Positions 14,195-28,345 of a DNA stretch of 64,000 nucleotides are shown here, in pieces. The notes under the pieces were generated by a model. That model did not search any database. It was not told the origin of the DNA and saw only the letters and a list, made by a program, of their open reading frames with translations. This DNA is from the human T2T-CHM13v2.0 reference genome, Homo sapiens: NCBI RefSeq assembly GCF_009914755.1, contig NC_060935.1; one strand, 5' to 3'. The translations under genes were made by a program, and so were the position numbers. How positions within the stretch are numbered: position 1 is the first letter of the stretch; every line of letters starts with the position of its first letter.

Positions 14195-15831
14195 CTAGGG
14201 GCCAGGGCAGACAGTGGGGTCAGAGGGCATAGAGGCAACATGCAGAAATTCGGGAGCCTCAGGCCAAGTGGCTGGTGAGGGCTGACATTATCTGTGTGGC
14301 CAGATCCCAGGAGGTCAGCATTCCCATGAAACTGCAGGCTCCCCTATCACTCATATATTAGTCTCCTCTGGAAGACTGAATATGTGCCACAGCTGTCTTC
14401 ACAGAGCCCTAGTTCTTCACTAGGAGAGAGGCCTCCCCACCCCTAGGTAGTTCTGTCTACCTAGCTGGGCTGTGGTACACCTGTTTGCACCTACAGCTCC
14501 TACCCCAGGGGCTGGGTCCTTTCTCTGAAAAGCCTAGTTTCTTGGGACGACCCATCATTGGCCTGCATTTGAGCATCACCAGAGGCCTGGGGCTTCCTGC
14601 TCCTAGGGTCCATGCCCCCAGTTGGACCTCTGGAGTCATCAATACTGGTTTCAACCAAAGTCAGCCTCCTGGTTACTGTCTCTTAGGCCACTGGGCCCCC
14701 TAAGTCCTGACATGCATGATTTTTCCCCATGCTACTGAGGTTCCAGAATGTTTGTAGCCATTCATACTCAGTTTATGACCCAAAGCCCCTTGATGTTCTG
14801 CTCCTCATATCAGCCCTATAGCAGCAAATAGGAAACCCCCAATTTTTGTAGTGAAATCTTTTCAGGGCTTGGACCCTTTGGGTTGCTGGCTGTGAGTCTG
14901 AGGTGGCAGCCTGGACTGTCTGAGCATCTCTGAGTTACCACCAAACTTGTGCTCAACTAGACTTTGGCCTCCCAAGCAGGCAGAATTGCTTTGGTGGGTG
15001 GAGGTTCTTATAATTGGACCCCTTGTAGCTTAATGGCACTTGAGTATATGGTCAAACTCACTTTTTCCCCCAGAACCTACTCCTGTATTTCTGTCTCAGG
15101 TATTTGTGTGAGAAACATGGACATTTTCATTTATCTATCCTTTCAGCATCCAAGTAAGCCTCAAGTCCTGGCAATTCTACCTCTCTTGTGTCATGTGACT
15201 GTCCCCTTATCCCTTTCCCATCACACTTGCCCTGGTTCAGGCCACCAACTTCTTTCTCTCACTGGGACAACTGTGTCAGCTCCCTAATGGATCTCCCTTC
15301 CAACCTCCAGAGGCAGGAGTAGTGATCTTTCTAAAATGCATGTTTGGCCTAAAGGACAAAGTCCAAGCTCCTCAGTGCAGCACTGAAGGCCTCCATGGCT
15401 CAGTGCTGCCTTTCTAGCCTCATCTCTGATCCTTCCCCAGCTCCATGACTTTTGCTGCAGCCACATCAAATCCCTTGTACTTTTCTGAACCCATTTACAT
15501 TAACTCAGGGTTCCTGCACTTTAAGCAAGCTGTGCTCTCCGCTTGGGATTCTTCCCCATGCTCCCATGACAGGCTAAGCTGCAACCATGTATCAAAGCTC
15601 AACTCCTCCATTTCCTCCAGGAAGTCTCTACTGCCCACCCATGCCCCACCTCCACTTCCACCTCCTCAGTCTACAAGCTGGGCTGGTGCTCTTCACTTTG
15701 TGCCTTTTCCAGCTCACAGTGGGAAGTGCACTGAGAGAGGGAGAGGTGGCAAACTTCTTGAAGGATGTCATCCAAGTCTGCCATGACCATTCCCATAGCA
15801 ACAACGGACATCTCAAGAGAGTGTTAAGACT

Positions 15832-16784
15832 TGGTTCTCTACACAATGGGGAAAGGACAGTCTTTTCAATAAATTGCCTGAGAAAATGCAAAAGAATGAA
15901 ACTAGAGCCCTATCTCTCGCTATATATGAAAATCAAATCAAAATAGGTTAAAGACTTAAATCTAAGATTAGACTACAAAACTCCTAGAAGAAAACATTGG
16001 AGAAACACTCCAGAATGTGGGAAACACTCCAGGACATTGATCTGGGCAACAATTTCTTGAGACAGACCTCAAAAGCACAGGCAACCAAAGCAAAAATGGA
16101 CAAATAGGATCACATCAAGTTAAAAAGCTTCTGCACAGCAAAGGAAACAATCAAAGTAAAGAGACAGCCCACAGAACTGGAGAAAATATTTGCAAACTAC
16201 CCCTCTGACAAGGGATTAATAACCAAGATACATAAGAAGTTCAAATAACTCAATAGCAAGAAGGCAAAAAATCCAATTAAAAAATGGGCAAAAGATCTGA
16301 ACAGACATTCCACAAAAGACTTATAAATGGCAAACAGGTTATGGAAAAATGCTCAACATCAGTAATTACCAGAGAAAAGTAAGCAAAAACTATAATGAAT
16401 CATCTCACCCCAGTTAAAATGGCTTTAACCGAAAGACAGGCAATAATAAATGCTGGTGAGGATGTAGAGAAAAGGAAACCTTTGTACATTGTTGGTGGGA
16501 ATGAAAATTATTACAGCTACTATGGAGAACAGTATGGAGGTTCCTCAAAAAACTGAAAATAAAACTACTGTATAATCTAGCAATCCCATTGTTGGGTATA
16601 TACCCAAAAGAAAGGAAACCAGCATATTGAAGAGATATCTGCACTCCCATGTTTATTGCAGCACTATTCGCAATAGACAACATATGGAATCAACCTAAGT
16701 ATCCATCAATAGGTTAATGAATAAGGAATATGTGGTATATACACAGGATGGAATAATATTTAACCATTAAAATAATGAGACTCT
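15832..16784 (+). mobile_element. Old L1 (L1MA-like) ORF2 3' part, left half of interrupted element
   Basis: ggggaaaggacagtcttttcaataaat...gcacagcaaaggaaacaatc...gtatatacacaggatggaataatatt; continues at 21425. Confidence 0.85.
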
Positions 16785-17449
16785 GGTTTCACTGTCAAGA
16801 TGGCTGAATAGGAATAGCTCCGGTCTGCAGCTCTAAGAGAGATCCATGCAGAAGGCGGGTGATTTCTGCGTTTCCAACTGAGGGACCTGGTTCATCTCAT
16901 TCGGACTGGTTGGACAGTGGGTGTAGCCCACGGAGGACAAGCTGAAGCAGGGTGGGTTATCGCCTCACCTGGGAAGTGCAAGGGGTTGGGGGATCTCCCT
17001 TCCCCAGCCAAGGAAAGCTGTGAGAGAGTGTACCGGGAGGAACAGTGCACTCCGGCTCAGATACTGTGCTTTTCCCACGGTCTTTGCAACTGGCAGACCA
17101 GGACCAGGTGTCTATACCACCATGGTTCTGGGTTTCAAGCACAAAACAGGGTGGCTGTTTGGGCAGACACTGAGCTAGCTGCAGGAGTTTTTGTTTTTGT
17201 TTTTTTCTCAATACCCCAGTGGCACCAGGAATGCCAGTGTGACAGAACCGTTCACTCTCCTGGAAAGGGGGCTGAAGCCAGGGAGCCAAGTGGTCTGGAT
17301 CAGTGGGTCCCACTCCCACAGAGCCCAGCAAGCGAAAATCCACTGGCTTGAAATTCTCGCTGCTAGGACAGCAGTCTGAGGTTGACCTGGGATGCTCAAG
17401 CTTGGTTGGGTGAGGGACATCCGCCATTGCTGTGGCCTGAGTAGGTGGG
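16785..17449 (+). mobile_element. L1PA (about L1PA7/8-like) 5'UTR, truncated; carries antisense ORF0-like ORF 17427-16957
   Basis: caagatggctgaataggaatagctccggtctgcagctc...gcagaaggcgggtgatttctgcgtttccaactgag is the L1PA 5' end. Confidence 0.9.
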
Positions 17450-21086
<3,637 letters not shown>

Positions 21087-21424
21087 AGGACTTAGACTCC
21101 AACACCATAATGGTGGGAGACTTTAACACCCCACCTTTAATGTTAGACAGATCAATGAGACAGAAAATTAACAAGGATATCCAGGACTTGAACTCAGCTC
21201 TGGACCAAGTTGACCAACGAGAACACATGGACACGGCAGGGAAGGCATCACACAGTGGGGCCTGTTGGTGGGTGGGGGGCTGGGGGAGGGATAGCGTTAG
21301 GAGAAATACCTAATGTAGATGATGGGTTGATGGGTGCAGCAAACCACCATGGCACGTGTATACCTCTGTAAAAAACCTGCACATTCTGCACATGTACCCC
21401 AGAACTTATAGTATAAAAAAAAAA
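21087..21424 (+). mobile_element. Remnant of the sense L1PA: about 125-bp ORF2 piece fused directly to 3'UTR and poly(A)
   Basis: gacttagactcc...[28 protein letters not shown], then aacgagaacacatggacac...ccccagaacttatagtataaaaaaaaaa. Confidence 0.9.
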
Positions 21425-22260
21425 GGGAGATTGTTATTTGCAACAACATGGATAGAACGGGAGGTCATTATGTTAAGTGAAATAAACCAGGCACAGAAAG
21501 ACAAATTTTAAGACAAATTTTGCATGTTCTTACTCACATATGGGAGTTAAAATTAAAAAAAAAATTGAATTCCTGGAGAGAGAATGATGGTTACCAGAGG
21601 CTAAGAAAGGTAGTAGGGAGGAGAGGAAAAAGCAGGGATGGTTAATAGGTACAAAAATACAGTTCGATAGAAGGAATAAGCTCTAATAGTAATGCAACAG
21701 GGTAACTATAATTAATAATAATTTATTGTATACTTTAAAATAACTAAAAGTAGAATTGGAATGTTTCTAACACAGAAATGATAAATGCTTGAGGTAAAAG
21801 ATAACCCAATTATTCTGATTTGATCATTACACATTATATGCCTGTATGACAGCATTACATGTACCCCATAAATATATTCAACTATTATGTACCCATTGAT
21901 GTAGTCTGGATATTTGTTGAATGTGATCCCCAGGGTTGCAGGTGGGGCCGGATCCCTCATGACGGGCTTGGGCCATCCCCTTGGTGAGAAGTGGGCTCTC
22001 TCCGCTCTGAGTCTACACGAGAGCTGGTCATTTAAAAGTGTGTGGCACCTCCTCTCACCACTCTCTCTCCTCCCTTCATCTTGTGACCTGCAAGCTCCCA
22101 ATTCATCTTCTGCCATAAGCAAAAGCTTCCTGTACAGCCTGAAGAATCATGAGCCAATTATACCTCTTTTCTTTAATTTCTTTGTAGCAATGCAAGAATG
22201 GCCTAACACATCCATAATAATTAAAAATTTCTTAAAAAAATTTAAGACTAAAAAAAAACT
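21425..22260 (+). mobile_element. L1MA-like 3'UTR, right half (interrupted by MST LTR)
   Basis: ttatttgcaacaacatggatagaac...gtaccccataaatatattcaactattatgtacccat [LTR] ataataattaaaaattt. Confidence 0.85.
21897..22210 (+). mobile_element. MaLR solo LTR (MSTA/MSTB-like) inside L1MA 3' end
   Basis: TG...CA ends (tgatgtagtctgg ... gcaatgcaagaatggcctaacaca); 5-bp TSD cccat/tccat. Confidence 0.85.
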
Positions 22261-22289
22261 TCAGTTCTTACAACTGTTGAAATGGGCAG

Positions 22290-22822
22290 TACCTACTATA
22301 GTTAACATATACAACCCTATGACCCAACACTTCTATCAGAAACGTTTATACCAAAAACATGCGCATGAATGCTTTCTAGAACACGATTTATAAAACTAAC
22401 CTGGAGATAACTCAAACGTCCATCAATAGTACAGCAGACATATAACTCACGGTATATTCATATAATGGAAACCTATATAGCAACAAAAACTATAGCTATA
22501 CTCGATAAATCTCACCAATACAATGTCGAGCAGAAGCAGCCAGACAAAATACAAACAAACATTATTCTATTTATATAAACCTCCCAAACAGGTAAAATAA
22601 AGCCATGATGTGAAAGTCAGGATGGTGGTCAGCTCTGGGAAGAAGGGACTGGGAAGGTGATGGGCAGGAAATCACAAGGGTGTTGCTAGCAGTCCTATTT
22701 CCTGAGCTGGGTGATGGAAACCTAGGGATTTGCTTTGTTTTAAACCATGGAGTTGAAAGTGTGTATTTTATACATGTTTCTGTATGTATCCATGTTCTTC
22801 AATTGAAAAATTGAAATAAAAA
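22290..22822 (+). mobile_element. Ancient L1 (L1ME-like) 3' fragment
   Basis: ccctatgacccaacac...ctcaaacgtccatcaatagta...ggtatattcatataatggaa...tcctgagctgggtgatgg. Confidence 0.65.
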
Positions 22823-25800
22823 ATCCAGCTCCCTGAGAAGGGACTTTGAGTCACAGATGAAGGAGGCAGGGACTGAGAAGCAGGGGGTGCGGGTGGAGGG
22901 GACTGTGTATGTGTGTGTTGGGAGGGGACATGGGATTACCGACTTCCTGTGTTGGGGAGATGGCCCAGCCGATCACACAAACCTATTCAGAAGCATTCAC
23001 ACAAATAAAGCAAGATTCCTCCTGCTGTGCCCCACACCCCAGGGCACCCCCCGCCCGGGGAGTGCAGTGATTCAGTGTACTCAACAGCACAGAGACCAAA
23101 GAATAAACAGGAAACTGAAACAGCAGCTGCTGGGGCCCACTGTTTGCCAGGGAGAAACCTGCAGGCTCGGCCTCTGAAAGGGGCCCTTGGACAAGCCTAG
23201 GAAGGGCCCTGGAATCCCCATGCTGAAAGAGACCTTGAAGGCCAGCCTCTCGCTCTCACATGCCTAATGGCCTCTGTGGCCATGGGACCCTTCAGCTCTG
23301 CTTGGCACCTCCAGGGAGAAGGATCTCACCCCCTCCCAAATATGCAGTCTTCCCCCAGCTGCCCACCCTTGGAGCATGCTCCTTCCACTGCGCTAAAATC
23401 CTTGTCTTGAGCTCCCCTGAGGCTTCCCCAGCGGCCTGCTGTTCCTCCACACCTTCCCTTCCGGCAGGAGAGGTGAGGCCTGCGTCTCCCAGTTTTTCCC
23501 AGCATTTCCAGGTTTAACTTTCCCAGTTCCTGGTGGGACAATTTTGTATAATTTTCCAAACTGGTTGCCCTCCTTTGAACAAGCTCTGGCTAATTTCTGC
23601 CCCTCAGGACTGACCACAGTGCCCAGGGTCACTGCCTCACTTATACTGGACAAGAGGCCCCTTCAATATAGCCAAGGAATTGGCACTTTGGGGCCACATG
23701 GTGCTCCTGATGGGTGTGAAGCACAGCCTCAAGTTGTCCTCTCAAACTGTGGTCCACCTTGGGTGCCCATCCTGTCCCTTAGAAGCTAGACTCTTAGGCC
23801 CAGAGGCATCCCCTGTGCCAGTTGCTCCAAACAAGGCCAGACCATTGCTCCATGGCCCACATTTCCTTAGCTTCTGTGTAAAACCCTGTGGCCTGGGCAT
23901 ATCTGCTGCCCACACCCAGGCTGGGCTGTGTTGCTGATGCTTCTTGAACAGATCTGTGGCCAGTTCCCTGGCCCCACCGCAGTCCTGCCAGCCCAGTGGT
24001 TTGTCTTCCCCACCATGCTGGGAGCAGCACGCAGGCAGGGGACCAAAACCAGCCCCGCTCTCTAATTTGCAAGATCTGTTGGCGTTTCCGGAGCCAGGTA
24101 GAAAGGGAAGAGTGCTGAGCTAGGATGCTGAGGACACAGCTGCTTTCCTGGCGGTTAGCTGTGTGGCCTGGGCAAGCCTCTCCCCACTTCTGGTTTCATT
24201 GTCTGCAGGCCCAAATGGTCATTTCTGTCCTGATTCCTGGAAGGATGAGCCAGAGGACTGATAGGAATCCGTTTATCAGCTATAAACCGTACGGATCGGA
24301 GGATCAGGGTGGGGGCTGTGACCAAAGCGCACAACAAACGGGCCCGGACCAAGTGCCGCTGCCCACTCAGCTGAAGATTCTGGCTGCTCAGCTCATCCTT
24401 GGGGCCGGCCCAGGCCTTGCCAACAGCGAGGTGCTGTGCAGACCCCAGACAACCAACTCTTGGAGAAACACGTCCCGCACAGAAGACACCACAGCCCTTT
24501 CTTTGCTTGCCTTTCAAGGGACACCTTGCCAAGGTCTAGAGAGGAAGGCAGGAGCAGAGGTTTCTGAGACATAAAGCATCCTTCAGAGACTCCCATCTGA
24601 TGTTTCCCAAGCCCAGCCCAGCCACAGCCTCAGCACCCTAGAGACTAGAAGTGCGGTGACCCTGGGCATTGGCTGCCTGAAGGGATGTGGGAAGGATGGA
24701 TCACGGCCAAGAGTGGGGTTGGGGGAGGCGGGTGGATGGGACACAACCTCCGTGAGAATATCTGAGCCTGTCAGGGAGGGTGGAGTATGAGGCCAGGAGA
24801 GCTCCCTCCCTGGAGGCTGGGAGGGGAGGGTGCTCTAGAACTGGTAGTAAGGCCATGGTGGGGCATCGCTGAGCAGAGCCCTGACCTGCTCCCTGGGAAC
24901 ACATCTGGGATATGGACAGAGGGACCAGGCCACCCTTTGATGCTGGAGCTCTTCAACAAAAATTATAAAAGGTTAAAGTTTAAAACTTGCTTAAACTTTT
25001 AAAACAGAGATAGCACTGGCCACCAGCACTGTCTTCCTCCTGTCCCCCTTCTTGACCTCAGCCTCTTTCACTGAACAGACTCTTTCTTCTTCTCTCGGAA
25101 AATTTCATTCACAAACATTGCAAAGAAGCCTTCCTTTCCCACACTCAGTGCCTTCCTGGGAAGCTCAGCACCGTGGGAGCAGCCTCCTGTTTTACCAACT
25201 GTACTTCTGCCTGCAGGTTCTGCAGCTGAGATGAGAGGAATAACAACTATCACTTATTTACCATTTGCCTAGTACTATGCCAAATACTTTACATGCCCAA
25301 TTCCAGGTCTTCCTGACAAAAGCCCTGAGAGGTAGAGAGAATAATTATCCCCATTTTACAGGCTTGGAGACTGAGGCCCAGAGAGGCTGGGAGACTTGTC
25401 CAGGGTCACATGGTCAGTAAATGAGCAGTAAGTAGTGGCAGCCTGGGAACCCAGGGGGGTCTGCCCCCTTTATGTTCCTCGCTAGGATGGTGGCCAGCCC
25501 CAGCCCTTGCCTATCACAGTGGTGGTGAACTAGACTGAGGGAGCTGGTGGTGCCCCAATGCCTAGGGTGGAGAAGGATCACCTCAACGAGCTTCAAAATT
25601 AGGTCTGCTTCCTCTGAGGGCCCTCTGCAGAGACACTATTCATTAATCCTTCCATCCATTCAACACATATTTAATGAGCACCTACCATTCTAGGCCACTG
25701 AGATATATCAGTGACTAAACAGAAAAAGATCTTTGCTTTTGTAGAGACCATATTCTAGTAGGGAAAGCAGAAAAATAAATTCCAAAGCATGCGAGAAGGT

Positions 25801-26060
25801 GATAAGGTTGTATACAAAAATGTAGACAAGGAAAGAGGCTCGGGGTGGTGGAGAGCTGGAGGCAGACGGCAAGTGTAAGAGGTGGCCAGGGAAATCCTCA
25901 ATCAAAATTGAGATCTCAGCAAGGGCAAGGAGGGGAGGAGGTGGCCCACGGCAGAAATGGCGGAGTCGTGGGCCCTGAGCTTGGGGTTAGTGGGAGGAGA
26001 TGAGGTCCAAGAGGTGCGGGTAAGTGGATAGGGCCTTGTGGCCACTGAACAGACTTTGGC

Positions 26061-26330
26061 TTTTTATTTTTTTCTTGAGATGGAGTCTCACTCTGTCACA
26101 CAGGCTGGAGTGCAGTAGCAGGATCTCGGCTCAATGCAATCCCAGGTTCAAGTGATTCTCCCGCCTCAGCTGCCCAAGTAGCTGGGATTACAGACATGCA
26201 CCATCATGCCTGGCTAGTATTTGTATTTTTAGGAGAGATGGAGTTTTGCCATGTTGGCCAGGCTGGTCTCGAACTCCTGACCTCAGGTGATCTGCCTGCC
26301 TCAGCCTCCCAAAGTGCTGGAATTACAAGC
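26061..26330 (-). mobile_element. Alu (AluS-like) inserted in L2, with TSD
   Basis: Alu body; TSD agactttggctttt (26051) / agactttgactttt (26332); L2-like flanks about 25640-26420. Confidence 0.94.
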
Positions 26331-27199
26331 AAGACTTTGACTTTTAATCTGAATGACAGGGCCAGCCATTGCAGAATCTGACTGACAGGCTAACCAGGTC
26401 ACTCTGGGTGGTGCTGTGTTGGGCACAGAGCATTGGAGGAAGGAAGGAAGAAGGGACACATGTTAGCCGACTTCTGTCCTCACTCGCAGGGTCCAACCTG
26501 CAGCCTCCGGCCCAGTCTCATGGCTCTAGGCTGGGGCTTCGTGCAGAGACCTGGGCTGGCCCCTCCCTCTGTGGAGGGCACAGTCATTTGGTTCACCAGC
26601 CCTGTCATCTACATTATTTGTGTAATACTACAACTACATAATCTGGAAACACACAATACTTTTAATTAAAGAATTTAAGTAAGGGCAATTAAACCTGGCA
26701 GGAGAGAAGCCGTAGCACACAGAGAACTTAATTGGAATGAAAACCAAATTAAATATGGAAACATCAGCTAAAAGAAAAAAATCAAATTTGAATGTGTAGA
26801 ATTTTGAAGGCTAATAATAATTCCTAGAGCCAGGTTCCCTTCTCCAAGCCTAATTCCTCCTCCTTCTGGGCCTTTCAGGAATAGGAACTGGAAAGGCATG
26901 AGCAGAAGCAAAGAACGTAGGACTCTGTGCCCCGCCTTGGCCACGTCACCTCAGGAAAATGGCTGAGCCACTCTGGGCTTCAGTCTTGTCACTTGCAAAA
27001 GGAGACAGAGCATGCTGAGGCACTCAATTTGTGTCTCAACATAGAGAACTGTGCGTAGACTGGGGCGTGTGGAAGCCACAGTCCATGAGTCTCTTGGGCA
27101 CCGAGGAGCAGATCCCAGGTTATTACACAGCCAAGCATCTTTCTGCCTCAGTTTCCCAAGTGTGTCTGTGGTGCCTACGTGTGGTACAGACTGACTGGC

Positions 27200-27378
27200 C
27201 TGTTCCTCCTGGAATGTAAGAGTTAGAGTCACCTGTGGGCTTTTTAAACTATAGATCACTGCCCCTCTCACTTCTGATTCACTAGGTCTGAGATAAGGCC
27301 TGAAAATGTGCCTTTTAAAGTTCCCAGGTGCTGTTTCATTGGTGGTGGTGGTGGTCTGGGACCACACTTTGAGACCAC
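27200..27378. mobile_element. MER5-family hAT MITE
   Basis: ttagagtcacctgtgggctttttaaa...tctgattcactaggtctg...ggaccacactttgagaccac. Confidence 0.7.
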
Positions 27379-27814
27379 AAGCTATGACCCCCTTTCAGGA
27401 AAGGGTTGGGCCCAGCTGGTCGCTTGCATCCTGAGGTGGAACGTCTGGAGTATTTGTGTTAAGCTCAGGCTGGTCTTACTTTTGCAATCAAGGAGTTCAC
27501 AAGGACGCTGTGTGTGTACTAGCTCGTGTATTCCAAATACTTCTCTGCTTATTTTAGAATTCCCATTCCACTTTCTTTTTTAATTAATTTTCCATGGGCA
27601 AGCAGCCCAGTGGGTCTTTGGCTTTAAGCATGGTGAGCTCAGGAGTTTCTAGGTTAAGTAGTTAATGATTAGTAATCAAATACTTCAAAGCATGTGTGGG
27701 ACATTACAGCTAGTTAAAGAAACCCTGAGATTAAGTCTTTTTTTTTGGTAGAGTTAAGTGGTCTTTTTGTATTATGAATACTCAACACCTGATTTACTAG
27801 TAAAGACTTTCGTG

Positions 27815-27841
27815 TTTTTTTTTTTTTTTTTTTTTTTTTTT
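27815..27841. repeat. Poly-T tract
   Basis: About 27 consecutive T with no adjacent Alu body. Confidence 0.9.
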
Positions 27842-28129
27842 AACTACTTGGGCGTTCTCTTTCTTAGTCTCACCTTTGCCTGAGTGAGATTCTGCCCAGG
27901 GCTTGTTGTGTGAAGGGCCCCTTGGACTGAAGATGGGGTAACAGGAACATCAAGTGCAAAGCACAGGTAGAGAGGGGTTATGGAGACAGCAGGATGGCTG
28001 GAGGGAGTTTGCTGAGGAGGTAGGGATCCAGCCAGTCCACACATATTTGCGACAGGCTCAGCAGGGAGGCCCCAGCCCCAAACTCCCATTGCAGCGATCC
28101 ACTGGTTTTCCAGAGGCAGGACAAGGGAC

Positions 28130-28345
28130 CATGGTATGGTGGTTTAAAGCATGGACCCCAGAGGCAGGATTCCCAGATCTGATTTTTGACAAATGACTTA
28201 ATCTCTCCATGCCTCAGTTTCCTCCTCTGTAAAACTGGGGATAATTATAGTAAGTACCTTATAGCGCTATCATAGGGATTAAGTAACATTTATAAAACAG
28301 AGTAGTGCAGGGCACATAGTAAACACCATATAAATGTTTGAGCAA
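28130..28345. mobile_element. MIR fragment
   Basis: aaatgacttaatctctccatgcctcagtttcctcctctgtaaaactggggataattatag. Confidence 0.75.

Noticed and set aside
13977-14278. Plus-strand ORFs overlapping the last exon as an antisense gene
   Set aside because: They are shadow frames of a GC-rich coding exon with no independent support.
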